This document shows, piece after piece, positions 1 to 28,729 of a DNA stretch of 64,000 nt. The notes below the pieces were generated by a model that was not told where the DNA came from, ran no database searches, and saw only the letters and a program-made list of their open reading frames with translations. This DNA is from Bugula neritina (taxonomy: Eukaryota; Animalia; Bryozoa): the NCBI GenBank assembly GCA_964035545.1, contig OZ037768.1, positions 16,165,875 to 16,229,874 on the forward strand, given 5' to 3'. Numbering within the stretch: position 1 is the stretch's first letter; each line of letters opens with the position of its first letter. Both the position numbers and the translations under genes were made by a program.

Positions 1-2384
1 GTCACCCAGTGAGGAAGCACCCAGATATAGACATTTCCCAGATAATTCAGAAAAGAAAGGTGCACGCTGTTATGTTGCATCACCAGTGAAGTCACGTAAA
101 GAGAAAAGGGCCATTTTGATGGAAGATACTGATAATGGTACTTTGTATACTCCCCGTCCTGGTAAAGTTGGTCAAATTGTAAATGAAGACAGTCCTGATG
201 GAGATGTTCAACATAGAAGATCTTCAAAGCGACTTCCACATAGACAAACCGCTGTTTATGCTAAGGAGAGAAGGTCAAAGCAGCTGAGAGAAGACTCGCC
301 CTCAGAAGATGATGTGATGTCCAGCCATACGCACTCTCATCATACCAAAGTTCAGACTCGGACTGAAAGAAAAAGTCGAAGAATTCATGGTCACCAGACT
401 TTTGAAAGTGAAGAGGTAAATGATGACATATCAACACTAAAGCCTCTTCGGAATCTTGAAAACAACTCGGATCATCAGAAATATGAGAAATCCGTGCGTA
501 GATCAAGTGGCCGTTCTGATGGTAGGACCCAGAGCAAGGCAAGCAGCAGTACTCCAGGTGATGGTAAGTACTCGGGTTCTCCACAAGAGTTTGTACAGCT
601 GAGTAATGTCCAGAAGAGTGATAGAAATACAACTGGTCGTTCAAGAAGCAATAGACGAGCCAAAAATGAAGCTCAACCTTACTCTGAGAATAATGATATT
701 TCTCTGGAATATTCTCCAGACAATCCTAGAACTAGTGGCCGTAGCCGTCGCCTGAAATCTCCCGAGGTTCAGAGTGTTGATGGGTCTCTAAAACTAGCAG
801 GTAAAAAATTATGTTTAATGTTTCTTGTTTTTTAATCTGTTCTTTTTACGCTGGCAGTTTGGTTTTTTATTGTTATAATAAATGTTTTTTTGTTGATCTG
901 AAGGAAAGCATACAATGAAGAGGCACCACCAGTTGTCTGGATTAGCAAAGCAGGTTAATCAAGGATATTCTCCTGATATCTTTGATGAGGTGTCTTCTCT
1001 CTCCACTAAGTCCAAGGTTAGAGTTTATGAAGTTTCCTCACCTCCTAGTTTTTGTAGCACTGTTAGATTTACAGCCTGTGCAGTGAGATATATACAGTGT
1101 GTTACAATAAGATCTACAGTGTTTTACAGTGAGGTATACAGTGTGTGCAGTGAGATATACAGTGTGTTACAGCAAAGTGGTAACATAGTGGTGTTAGTAA
1201 AAGCAGTGATATTGTTGCCGATTGCAGAAGTACAGAATACCACAGGTGCAAATCACGCCATTGAATATTAAGCGTAGAGAGAATATTTCCGATTCAGACA
1301 GAGTTCGGTTACTGTCAGATGGTGAACGCAAGCAATCACTCTCTGCATCTCAGAGAAAGTCAAGGTACAACTTAGTCAAGTTTATATGTTTGCAAATTGT
1401 ACTCAGTTGATATTCTGCGTTGTATGCTCATGTGTAACAACAAACTGTGCTTTATAGAAAAGAGACGCATAAGTTCCTTCAGAACCAGAAGCTGGACTAT
1501 GTGTGGCCTGTTACAAAACGCTCGGTAAGTGCCGCTGTGGTAAGGTTTAGCAATGTATGCCTTTGTGAAAGTAGTAAGTAGTAACCTGTTGGTGAGTATC
1601 TGTGTACTTGAGTGGCTGTAGACATGGGGCTGCCTTCTTGGTGAAGTCAGATAGTATAAAATTGTCTTGAACTTCTCTGTCACACATGTGTATTTGAATA
1701 AAGTGTTAGAGCATATTCATATGGTGTAGGTGCCTGGATACTTTTACTAACTATAATTATATAATTTTATTGCATAATCTGTACTAATTACAATAATATA
1801 TTAGTAGTATGGGTCCACTCTTCATAACTTAGTGGGTACTGGGTAATAACTAGTAGTCTATAGCTCAATGTGGATAATTGTTGGGAGTTGTTAGCTCATG
1901 ATTGATAGCCCAAAATCAACTTTTAAATACCTGCAAGCACCAAGTTCTAAACTACTATTTGTCATCCAGTAGCTGAATTCACTCATGCAGTGGTGGATAA
2001 ACACATAGATAGTGTAAGCTGGCGTCATGGGAAGTGTTTGATATAGTGTAACATTGTGATGTAGCTCACTGTTACTCTATTAAATGAAGCATTGCCTTAT
2101 TGAGTTAAGAATGTTTGGTTTAAGTAGTCACAAGAAAGTAATCTGAGCATTTCATTATGGTACCATTTATATGCATTTGGTACTTCTCTCATGTTGTACT
2201 CCCCTTGAATCCTCACTTCTAGGGCGTGGAATATGGAGAGAAAGCACCTGCTGTGAAAGTCAAGTCACCAGCCATGTCTGAACACCTGTACAAACAGCTT
2301 TCACAGCAGACTAACTATCATTCACCTGCATCAAAGGATGAGCAAGATTTTCTATCTGATGACCAGTCCATCTCCGATTATTAA
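1..2384 (+). CDS. 3' part of an unidentified gene encoding a Ser/Arg/Asp-rich, probably disordered C-terminus; exons <1-800, 904-1016, 1228-1364, 1458-1524, 2223-2384
   Basis: Long open frame to a GT donor at 801. Four further AG/GT-bounded exons join in consistent phases (1,0,2,0) and end ...DDQSISDY-TAA at 2382-2384. No recognisable domain. Confidence 0.7.
1068..1172. repeat. Degenerate ~21-bp minisatellite (TACAGTGTGTGCAGTGAGATA-like) in an intron of the upstream gene
   Basis: About 5 imperfect units visible. Confidence 0.6.
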
Positions 2385-3802
2385 TAACTTTTCTAAAACA
2401 TATTGTTTATTTTATAATTTTATATGAGTCAATGGGTTTGGCTTTCTTAGTGTTCTTCTTTTGCCATTCTTTTTAATTTTTACACAATATAGCAATACTT
2501 AGTACAATATCTGTAATCAAGTCTTTTTTATAAGTGGTGTTTGCACTGATCTTATTCACTTGAGGTTTGTCAGTGTTTGGAAAGTTCTATGAAATGGGTG
2601 CATAGTATGGTCATGTTGACCAACACATCTTTTGCCAAAATGCCCCAGAATACTCATTTAAATATGTTTAAAAATCCTGCATTTCATGAAATGAAAAACG
2701 CAGCACTTGGTTTTGCCCGACGGTGTTAGTATAGGTGATTGCTGCATGGTGTACTGCTTAAAATTTGTATCGTTCCTGAAGTTATTATTTCTCCAGACCG
2801 CAATAAAGCCAAGATAACCTGTAAACTGATTAGATGAAGCACACTGTTTAAGTGATAAAGCAAGGCACACTGCCCATGTGTAAGGTCATAGCCTCTGTTT
2901 CTTGTTTCTCACTCGCCATCACAGCAGTCTAGAATTCTCTTTGCTTTAGCTTCTGCTATAATCTATGGACTCGATATGCAGAATTGCTGGTTTGATGAGA
3001 TAACTCCTGAAATGTTAAACTACATCAGAGCATATCTGAGCAAATGTAAATTTTAAATTTACTGAATCAAAAAAGTTTTCAAAACTTTCTTATGTTTTAA
3101 GATTTGATTCAATGATAGATCTTATTGGAAGATATTCTTTTAATAATTTCATGGCAAGAAAACTAAAATAAGAATGTTGAGTTTATTATGTTCACTGCAA
3201 TACAATTGAGAATTTAAATAGAAGTTTTTTCAAAAATGTAATTGTGTGTTACTTGTCGGTGTAGCTGTGGTAGTACATTCTAACACAAAGGAGGTATTTA
3301 ATCAAACCAAAGCCTCATCTAAAATATATGATTCTATATAATTGTGAAAATATTGCTAGGTCAACTTGAAACATGCAATGAACAAAAGTAACTTGGCTGA
3401 TCCCATGTTATCTTAGGAATACTGGACTTTACCACTGCCTCTCTAATATATGCAACTGACATATTTGAAAAGATTTCTGGTGAGCACAATCACACTCACT
3501 AAACTTCAACATGTTCTTTCCTTTGTTTCAATTATTTCAACAGCTATTACCTAACCTCTCTCCAGTTGCACTAGCAAACAAGCACATTTATGTTCATCAT
3601 TATATCATACCTTAAAGCTTCAGAGTTTATAAGAATAAGCAATATATTCTTTTAACACTCTATATAGTCAATGCTTATTGCTATTATCAGTATTATAAAT
3701 ATTATAAACATAAAGTAATAGTTATATGCTTGCAGCATCTGCAGGTATTTATTTGCCACCAGAAGCTCTTTGCAACTGTCCGACTCCCAATCACTGCTGC
3801 CA

Positions 3803-3963
3803 ACTAGAAGTTGTCTGCCCAATAATTGTGTAAATAGCTTTAAGTATAGCTGTCATACTTTTTGCAAACTTTTTGACAAGTTTAGGTAATGATGATGAAA
3901 CTTGATAAAACATCATGTTTACTAGAAGTTGTCTGCCCAATAACTGTGCAAATAGCTTCAAGT
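3803..3963. repeat. Degenerate direct duplication, 43-bp core spaced 118 bp apart
   Basis: ACTAGAAGTTGTCTGCCCAATAA(T/C)TGTG(T/C)AAATAGCTT(T/C)AAGT at 3803 and 3921. Confidence 0.75.
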
Positions 3964-6900
3964 GCAATGTATAGCATACTGTGCTCGCTGAAAACTAAAG
4001 CTTGCCTTTTTTGACGTAAGTAAGTGAAAATAATAATCGAAGCATCACGTTCACTATAATCTAATTATTTTTTATATCTACTAAAAAACTAATAATTTAC
4101 ACTGCCAAATACAAATAAAAGTAAATCGCAAGGTTTTGGCCATAAAACATTTATTAGTACCTACTATAATTTTATCTTTCATAATTTGGGAGCATAATAC
4201 ATTGTAGCTATATAATATAATATAGCTGTACAAACCAAAAACATATCCAATAAGGATGCTGAAGAACTGGTTGACAAAAGTATGGCAATGAAAAATACAC
4301 TTATTATGTTTTTTAAATACTTTTCAGAGTGAACTGCATACATTCATTCTTGTAAGGGGTTACTGCAGGTACACTGCCCCCTGCCATGTTGCTATTTATA
4401 TAATATCAGCAAAGTTTTGTTACTTAATAATGCCTCTTTTGTTACTAATAACCTACTTTAGTGTTTTGTGAACAAATGGTAAGTTACAATATCACAGGTA
4501 ATTTCGTTTACAATAAACTTATTAAATCAGTTTAATATTCTAAAAGAACAATGAAAGAAATAAAATTCCTGTGTCAACAGTATGGTATTTAGGTTGGCTT
4601 TCTCAATCACTTATATCAACATAGCAATAATTTATGTACACTGTTCACTGCTCCTATTACAAGCAGCCAATGAGTTATTCTGTGCCCCATAATACAGTGT
4701 GTATATTGTGTGCTCTGTTTTGATACACTGTGCCTTTCACCCTCACTGTAATAGTTAGCTAGACTGCTGATAATTTGACCTGACTCCAAGTGTCAGTACT
4801 ACATCATCAGAACCATTAGACAGAAGGAATTTTAGAGAGTTCTTCTTGCTGTAGGTAAGTGATAAGCTATTGAGTCTATATAATATATTTCTACATGTAC
4901 TGAAAAGCATGGCATGTGCAAGTATTTATAATTTACTGGCTGGTTTTTGATGTATATATTTATATGTATCTTAAGCCTTCAGTGAAAAAATAATGTATAG
5001 TTATGAATTAGGCTGATCAAGTTTTTAAAACATAAAATTTTAAGCTGTCAATGTGAAAGACATTTCAAATCTGAGACTATCTAAATTCGGAGAAAAAACT
5101 AGTTAATAATAGGAAAAGAATGTTAAACTTAGAACCCTTTTAGGCTCCGTGGAATATGTTATACATGGTAAAATAAACTGTATATGCATTATCATATTTC
5201 CAAGTGGTACATGTGTTGAAATCTAATTAATAAAAACAATTGACTGAAAATTCTATTCACTATGCAAAAATGCAGAATATTTTTTGTGCTATAACTCAAA
5301 ATACTCAAAAATAACAAGTAAAATGTTGCTTCAACTAAGTTTTTGTCAGTTAGAAGTCTATTTATAAGTATACTGTAGATATGAATGGCTGCTAAGAGTT
5401 TTAAATATATTTCTAATGTTATAACCTAGTGATTAGTACTAAATTTTCAAACTGCTATAATTTTTTGATGCATTAAATAAAATCACCAGACAGATAAATG
5501 CAATCTGATAATTTTGTAGTATTCTCTAATATAAACATGTCGTCATAAGTCGATATCTATAAGTTTTATGGCAAAAACGAAGCTCAAAAGTTTGACTTTT
5601 GGTTGTTCATTTGCAAAAATTTTCCATAAAAAGCATTTTTAGTTTTATGACCTATCATTTGCTGCTGCTCCTAACAAACATGATCAGAATTTCTATGCAC
5701 CATAAGTCACATTGCCACATGTGTTTTAAAAGTTGAGCATTGGAATATTATATGTCATGAAAATTAAAGCAATGCTTCCAGAGGCACTGGTGAACTCAGA
5801 GGATAAACATATAACATCTTACTGATATCAGAGAGTCTTACAAATATAAATAAAAATGGTTTTTGTTCACATTAGTGTATGATTATGTCAATGGCTGAAT
5901 AAACCTTCAACACAATGCTTCCTATTACTGTTTCTAGACTCTGGTAAATTTTGTGCAATTCTTGACAAATGACTTAAATATTGTATTTTGCATATACGTG
6001 TATTAAACATCCCACTAGCCAAGGCATATATGTTGACAAAGTTGCCACAGTAATTTACTTGTTACTCTAGTTTTCATATACTCCACCTTACTGCATAGCA
6101 CTTCTCTGTTTATGGCACTTACGCCAACAAAGTACAAGAAATAGGTGTTTTGTCTTGACCCCAGGTGTGAGCAATCCAGTAATAACGTACAGATCAGCTC
6201 ATATTAACCCAATTAACAAATTATTATAAGACCAGCATGCCTAATTATTAACTATTATTTACAAATTAGCCCAAGTGAAGTCTTTTGTTGCAATATTTAA
6301 ACAACTTATTCCTATCAGTTTATGCTGCTGCGCACATTCAACTGGTGGCAACAATCATCAAAATTCAGAAGAGAAAACATTTTCTACATTTCCGCATGTA
6401 TTCTACGTCCATCTAAACTACATTAGCAGATTATATCGAATATACACTAAGAGTTGTAGCCTGGAGGGAGAGGAGCTTTGAGGAGCATATTCAGACTATT
6501 GAGTCAGCGTTGAGTTAGTAAGAGGCTAATCGTACAGGCAGCACACACAGACACAGCTGCCCATATGGCACACATGCTATACACTCTATTTATCCAGTTG
6601 TTTGCACTTGCGCTGCATGACTTGGTGTCATAACTTTGTTAGAAAACACGTTTTGTTGTGAGCCTTTAGTCTATTAGGTTAGTGTAGTCTTGCTGCCAAT
6701 CAACTGATGTCAAGTTGGATTTCTTAGTGCTAGTAAGTGAAATATTTCTTTCCAAGTCTACAGGTTAGTGTGTGACTTAGCTAAATAATTATATTATCCT
6801 GTAACATATTCATATTTAATTCATGGCTTGCTGCATCCTAATCTCACATTAAATTAATTACCAAGTAGTCTGGTAATGCATCTGATATTTACATTAATTA

Positions 6901-7240
6901 ATTTATGTTACAGTATGTTAGCATGTTACATAATTCTATCATTTTATTATGCAATAGTGGCAGCAACATTTATACTATTACTGAATAATACACTATAGCC
7001 ATGTTCTTATATAGGGTATTGAAATCATAAAGGTTGAATCAATATTAATATTGGTATGTTACACCATCAAGCTAGCTAGATCTGAAGATTTGATGAAAAA
7101 TATAGTACTTATCAAATTTTGGCCAAGTAATAAATAATGAATAAATAAAAGCCAATGACATATAGTCATGACTGATCAGTCAAATTTGATTTTAAAACAC
7201 TTTTTAGGTCTCTGTACACCAACTCTACAGCTATGCTGCT

Positions 7241-7540
7241 GCTAATATACTACTATTACTGCTACTACTGCTGCTACTGCTAATATACTACTATTACTGC
7301 TACTACTGCTACTACTGCTAATATACTACTATTACTGCTACTACTGCTACTACTGCTAATATACTACTATTACTGCTACTACTGCTGCTGCTACTACTGC
7401 TACTACTACTGCTGCTAGTGCTGCTATTACTACTGCTGCTGCAACTGCTGCTGCTACTACTGCTGCTAGTGCTACTGCTGTTGCTGCTGCTATTACTATT
7501 ACTATTACTATTACTACCACTGCTGATACTATTGATACTG
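7241..7540. repeat. 38-bp minisatellite x4 decaying into (CTA/CTG)n trinucleotide repeat
   Basis: Units starting GCTAATATAC at 7241, 7279, 7317 and 7355. Confidence 0.85.
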
Positions 7541-9462
7541 GTGACTTGTTGTTAATAATTCATTACAACTACTGTAACTTTCATTGCTACTCCTAGACTT
7601 CATAATACTGCTAATACTTAATGCAGCACTTACTTAAACTATTGCTACTGTTTTTACTGCCACTACTAAATTGCTGCTACTATTGCTAGGGTAGGTGCTT
7701 TTGGCAAAGCATTAACATTGAGTAATAATTGGAGCAAATGAAGTTATTCTGTTATTTTCAAAATAACCACGAGATACTTTAGCATCATGAAAATTAATAT
7801 ATTTTCATACAAGTATACCACTATAATTGCAGTAATACACTAAAATGATAAAAACTCTTCTTTTCTAAAATTTCCACTTTCAACTTTTGCCTATCTAAAG
7901 TCTGTAACAGATCTTGCACACTTTTACATGTAACTGGAAATAAAACTAAACTGGAACACCATAGACTTAGCTCTTATAACAATGCTTTAACTATGGTGAA
8001 CTGTGATTGGTGAGGGTTTTATTGCAAACCGACACTATTGCCACGGAGGGCATTGCCCTAATGCAGTTTGAGTTATCTTGAGTCTTTTGGGATGTACAGC
8101 AGCAGTAAAATGAAAGTTAATTGCTATCACACTTTCATATATTGCCAACATAGCTTGTCTTATATTTGTAGTAGCATAAATCATGCTAGAAAGTTACAAG
8201 CTTTCTTGTTCGTAAAACTAGTTTGAAAAGTCTTTTATTAATTCAACGCTTATTATGATGAATGCCATCCAGGGCTTATCCATGGCTTATACTTTATTAT
8301 TGCAAAAGTCTCCACTTTGATATTTCAGGTCATCATTTAAAACTGACATTTATCCTATCACTAAACAATGTGCCATTTTCTCTGCAAACATTTATTTATC
8401 ATGTAATAGATTAGGATGATCTTCAGCAGTTGCTTTGACTTGTTGAATCAGAGTTTTGAGTGTTCCACTTCACACTTAACTCGGAGTCAACAGCTTGACA
8501 TCATTGAGTGTGTATTTGATTTACTACTACTTATCCTCGCAGACCTCTTCATGCAATATTCTTTGAATTAGTATTACATTATTATTACATGATTTGGCAT
8601 TTGTTTATATTCATAACCAGTGTTTGTAGATCTCATACATAAAAAGCAAAAGAAAGCTGAGGATGATATCTATAATATCAGAGTAATATAATAAACAATT
8701 GAATGTGATACAGAAAATGTTTTAATGGTTAGGCCAAGTTTTATAGGCTTAGTATATATTCAGACTTCTTAAAATATTATAATATTTTTAGTATTCTGAT
8801 CGAAATTGCTATTTATAGATCGGCATTAACATCACATGACCAAATTATAGTTCATTTTAAAATTAAAAATGATCACTGGTTACAACCCACATTCTATGTA
8901 TACTTCAGCTAAAACACCAACAAATGGTGAATGAACCCTAAATATTTGGACTTTAACGTATTATACCTTCACGGAGTCAAAACAAACTTGATTTTACTTA
9001 ATCTTTTCCTTTTTCTTCTAACTGAAAATTTCTTTTAAATTTTCTAGCATTTATTATGCAGAGTTCAATAAGTAAATATACTAATACAAAGACAATAAAA
9101 AATGTGTTCTAGATGAGACATTTTGTAAAGGAACTTATGTTCCCTTAAGAATTTCTACCAATTTATTTTTTTAAAAATGCTTATGATTCGAATCAGCATT
9201 TTTTGTTGAACACTCAAAAACATTTTATTTATTTGGCCCAAATTTTAGTAACTTTTCTATATTCTATATATACACTAATTTATGTTCTTCAATAGAGAAT
9301 TAGAATTCTGTTAACTGAAGCAGTAAGACTGGCTAATTTTTAGAGAAACATGAATTTAGGCAGGTGCTCCATGAGTAGAACACTTCATATGCACTAAACT
9401 AATATTCACAGTTCTTATATCTGAGTTATATAAGAAACATCCATTTTGTGTACAAATATATG

Positions 9463-10902
9463 TTATATATGTAATGCAACTGTATTGCATACTTTAACCA
9501 ATGTATTACACACTTGGGAGTTTATGTGTTGTATCCGAGCATGTGCAATATTTAGATCTCTCTGTTACTGTTACTGTATTTTAAACAGTTGGAATTGTAT
9601 TAAATATAAAACCAGGCAATAATTTCTCATTGTAAGAAATTAGCATAACTTTGGCAGCACATAGAATAAGGTGAGGGTATAATGTGTGGAGCTATTGAAA
9701 TATTACGTATTGAAATAGAAGACATTGTTATTTTATGATCAGCAGTAATTGATTCTAAATAGGGAATTATATACTTAATTTACAATTTAGAAATGACACT
9801 ATTATTTTTCATAACCCTGTGCCCTAAAGTAAACATATTACTGTTTATTTGATATATTTGTATTAAATTAAATTAATACCGTTGGCATTACTGAAAGGTG
9901 AAAAGTTTTTACTAAAAAACAGCATATGGGTATTAGAGTAAATATAGTTTGCATTCATTGGATACTCCATACCTTTTGTTTAATTGAATGTTCAAAAGAA
10001 TTACATGATTCCTCACTGTAAGAACTGTACTAACTTACCAGTCTTTGATATAACCGTCTGTCTAGTGTCTACTATAATACTACGTGACCATTTACATCTA
10101 CTCCTACCAACTGCTGCAGTTTAAACATAAAAGACACACTATTTATAACAATGTCCAAAACCAAACATATTTGGTATGCCCAAATTCTAAAAATTTAATG
10201 GTAAGCTACGCAAAAAACATTTTCAAAAAATTACAATTTTATTAAACTTGATTAAAACTACCACATTCATATAATTAGTAGTTTCTGTAATTTACAATAT
10301 TGGAAAAGCAATGTTTACTTCAACATGTTTAGTCTTGTTGCTAGTAAACAAGAGGTAGTTAGGTACCATAGTAACCCGAAGTTCTCAGGGACAACTCCTT
10401 CTTGTCGCTCATCATTGGTTTGTATTTGCAGCATTTGTTGCTTTAGTTGGCTACTTGGCACTGTTTTAACTAACTGTCATATGTGTTTGCTATATTTCGA
10501 AGTTATAATTATACGACCCAATGCTAGCTTTAATGTATATATAAGATACAGTACCTTCAACTAAAGTTTCTGTAATTTAGATAAAAGCAGCTATTGCTGA
10601 AAGACTAAGAACATCTTGTATAGTTTTTACAAAATTTAGTAATTTCAGTGGAATGGCTTTTTCGTATATGTTAAAGCAGGCCAGTACAGATAGAAATTCA
10701 TAATAACTCCTTTTCCTGTATAGACTGGTCTTGTTTGCTAAAGCTGCTTTAGTGGAGTCTGAATTTTAGCAGACAAAAAACCTCCACGAGCTTGAAGCTG
10801 ATAGTGAGAATTTTAAGCTAAAATATAGTATGGGAATTATATATGTAATGTAGGTATGCGGCATGCCTTTACCAATTTGACTATTACACGCCTGGGAGTT
10901 TA
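9463..10902. repeat. Pair of ~65-bp dispersed direct repeats (9463-9524 and 10837-10902)
   Basis: Both read TTATATATGTAATG...GCAT...ACCAAT...TATTACAC.C.TGGGAGTTTA. Confidence 0.6.
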
Positions 10903-11790
10903 GCTACACTTGGATGTGTTATATACAGACACTAGTATTTACCTATATGCAAACAGCATATATCACTGCCTTGGGGAAGCAATCATAGACAAGTGTAAAT
11001 TGGCCTCTTGTTGATGTAGTAATTTGTTGCACTTTCAAGTGTTGCCTCAACTCTGAAAAACGGCAGTTTAGTAATAGTAGTAGATCTCCACAGATAGTGA
11101 CATCCTTTCTGTTTAGGTAGTGTTTTCTGTGACTGTACAGACCGATGGTAAAGTAACGCTGATTAGTACACAGTATTGTGTCCCAGGCATGCTGGCTGTC
11201 AACTGGCAGCTTTACTTCACCAACCTGCTGCTGTGAAGTGTGCTGCGTCAGCTGCATTGGCAGTGACAAAATTTTTGGAACATTTGGTGTTTATGTTAAA
11301 GTCTTTTGTGTCTGTCTTATTCCAGTGCTCTTGTCCCTTGGCTAGCTCTCTGTAGAGGATGCAGTTAGAGACTCTACTATCCTGCCTTGTAGTGGATATA
11401 ACCTAACCATTTTATTTAAGTTGACAAAGTGCGGGTGAGGAGGGGGGGAGGAGAGCAACACAACACAGAAAGTTTGTGTTAGTAATCTGGCTCTATCAGA
11501 AGATGCCGAGTATTACTCATGCTTTCTGAGATAGGAGTTTCATTGAAGATGTGCTGTTTGAGTATAGCTTTCAGCTATAACTTTACCATTTACATTAATT
11601 ATAATATTTGCAGAAGCTTTTTTAGCTGCTCATCATTACATACTAACTTCTTGTCTGTAGAAGCAAAGATGAACTAAAGACCAACATCTATTGGAAGGTT
11701 TCGGAGCTGCATGAAGACTAAACAGTGCACTGAAGCATAACTATAATAAATTTGCTCGCTGCTTGTGTTGTCATTCTTGTCAAAGGAAAT

Positions 11791-19014
<7,224 letters not shown>

Positions 19015-20736
19015 GTGAAGGGCATTGTACAGAATTGTGGTACCACAGTGTGCAGCATATTATGTTAAAGAAGGTATTTGTTATATTAGTTGAAAAATAG
19101 CCCCAATACTATGGAATCTGAATTCATTCAAATTAACTCTTTTTCACTTTTCTACAAAAAAAATCTAAAATAACAATTTTTGCTCAAAATCTGTTAATTT
19201 GCCAAGTCTATTTACAATTACGTGTTAATCGGAAATCTAAAAATCTTTAAAATATCATACCGGCCAACCTTGAAACTCACCAAAGCTAAACTTCTGAATA
19301 AAAACTAATGTCATTGTTTTACAAGGCTCTGCTTTTGACTGAAGAAGTTTTTTTATGACATAATATGTTGAGTTTTGAAATAATCAATAAAATTCAAGCA
19401 ATTTACTTTTTTTTTGTTTATAGTAATTTGAGATTCTGTTAGAAGTCAGAAGTTAAGTAGAATAAAATGTACTACTACGTAGCTGTGTCAAAATAAAAAT
19501 TGTATGGTGATCTTTCTTTACTTTCAAAAACCAATAAATTTAAAAAAGTAATCAAGTACACAGCCTTAATTATTTACAAGAAACTTTTCAGCTCTGAACA
19601 ACCAATTAATATATCTGCATTATATTGTTTTGCATTTAAATTTTAAACTACATACATGTATACATGTTATATGTTACTTTTTCAGTTGTACTGGTGCACC
19701 AGTGTTTATTTAAAGATATATTAATATAGTTGGAAAATATTGCTGTAATAAATGCATATATGAATCTCTCTCCAGGTCAGCTAGCAATATTTTTGCTATG
19801 CTATAGCAGTCTATGCTATGTTATACCATGCTATATGCTACACCCTTCTATGCTATGCCAAACCACGCTAGGCTCATTCAAACTTAGCTAAGCAAATTAT
19901 ATATTAATTGGAATATATTGCTTTTACACATGACTCAGGTATACTCTTGCAAAATTACTAATAATTATGAATGTATATTGTAGAGGCTAGCCACAAAGAC
20001 GATATGAATTTGGTAGGAGTGTTCCCATTTCTTTTTGGTTGTCTCTCACACGTCATTTATTACACCACTTTGTGCATGAGTTTTGAGTAGCAGACCTTCA
20101 GTACCAGCCGCTACAACTTCAATATGTATGCAAACTGTGCATAGAACAGTTGAATAACACGGTATATTATTACTGTTTTAACAAGACATACCATATATGC
20201 CTGAATATTACCTGCTATGGTCAAATGACTGACACACACCCACTGGATATTTTTTCTATTATTTTTATGGCTCATGAGAAATAATATATTATTTTTGGAT
20301 ACTTGGTCGGTGGTGTTTGCTTGAATGGAGTTTAGGCTAAGTCTCTGTCAGATATAATGAGTTATGTATTTGTCATTTTTAAATTAGAACTTGCTCATTA
20401 TTTTTGTAAAAAACTATAATATATTAGATATCATGTATTTCTATAATATCATTCTTTTCTTTACTTTAACTGTGTATTTCAAGTAGAAATGCAAGGTATT
20501 ATAACTGTATAGGTTATTATAATATTGTGCTGCATTAATAATCATTACTATTATCTTCTCATGCCATGTTTTGATATGACAATAAATTATGTGTGAGAAC
20601 CATAGAAAGAGTGTTACTGTTTTATAAACTTTTAACTTTGAAGCCAAAGCATTTAAACAAAGTAAAATAAACAAGTCAGTGTATTTATTTAATTCAATTA
20701 AAATATTTGCAGCCTTATAAGGTACTTATTAATCTC

Positions 20737-21262
20737 TCACTGATAGTTAGTACACAAACAGTTAGTACACTGGTAGTTAGTACACTGGTAGTTAGTACAC
20801 TGATAGTCAGTACACTGGTAGTTAGTACACTGATAGTTAGTACACTGATAGTTAGTACACTGATAGTCAGTACACTGATAGTCAGTACACTGATAGTTAG
20901 TACACTAACAGTTAGTACACTGGTAGGTAGTACACTGGTAGTTAGTACACTGATCGTCAGTACACTGCTAGTTAGTACACTGATAGTTAGTACACTGATA
21001 GTTAGTACACTGGTAGTCAGCACACTGATAGTTAGTACACTGGTAGTCAGCACACTGATAGTTAGTACACTGGTAGTTAGTACACTGGTAGTCAGTACAC
21101 TGGTAGTTAGTACACTGATAGTTAGTACACTGGTAGTTAGTACACTGATAGTTAGTACACTGATAGTTAGTACACTGATAGTCAGCACACTGGTAGTTAG
21201 TACACTGATAGTCAGTACACTGATAGTCAGTACACTGATAGTTAGTACACTGGTAGTTAGTA
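20737..21262. repeat. 15-bp minisatellite (GTTAGTACACTGRTA) ~35 copies between A and B
   Basis: Directly visible; explains the VSTLI-repeat ORFs. Confidence 0.97.
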
Positions 21263-21994
21263 AACTAATTATTAGTTATAGTATACTGGTATATTTTATG
21301 TAGAATCTAAAAAATATTTTACTTAAGATAAAGACAATATGTGGATGAATAAGAAGCAATATTATAAATATGTTTTATAGCTTAATTCTGAACTCTGAAG
21401 GCTTTGGGGGAGGAGACAACTTTGAGTATAACTTATCTGTAAACTGTAATGTTGATACAGGTTTACGGTAAAACCAGAAACTCATTATAGTTCGTATTAT
21501 TTTATTTCAATTATGTGAAATACTTCTAAATGAAGCCTGGCCAACATAGAATGTGCTATGAGATGAGTGAGTAAGACTTAAGTATAAATGTACATAATAA
21601 TATTTTGATAATGACAACTTCCACTGAGATATTCTGTATTTGCAGTGCAAATATTATCTCAATAATTTACTGCAGAGAGAGGGAGAGTGTTCGCATTACA
21701 CTTTATCAAGAGACTATATTATTTATTAAAAACTACAAAGTCTATGATCTCATTCTAAGGTAACTTTGCATTAAATATTATACAAGCACTCGAAGATGTC
21801 ACCTACTCGAATTCACACCTGTGTTTTGTATGCAATTGGCTTATGCTCCTTACAGTTGACGAGATGATGTAATTACTGTATAATAAAAACTATAAAATGA
21901 TTGTCAGCTTAGCTCTGCAGGGCAATATGCTGCACATTTCTAGAATAACGAAGTTTCAGAGTTAGGTCTGTTAGGATTGTTTGAAGAACACAAC

Positions 21995-28729
<6,735 letters not shown>

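Noticed and set aside
4770-4860. Possible non-coding first exon of A ending at the GTAAGT donor at 4855 (similar donors at 53855 and 53866 for E)
   Set aside because: A consensus donor alone is not enough evidence without transcripts.
10943-11269. 108-aa minus-strand ORF upstream of A
   Set aside because: No convincing domain or splice structure; at best decayed transposon sequence.
20707-21303. 198-aa VSTLI-repeat ORF and its antisense partner; also considered as a CRISPR-like array
   Set aside because: A stop-free 15-bp minisatellite with no unique spacers, in a eukaryotic context.
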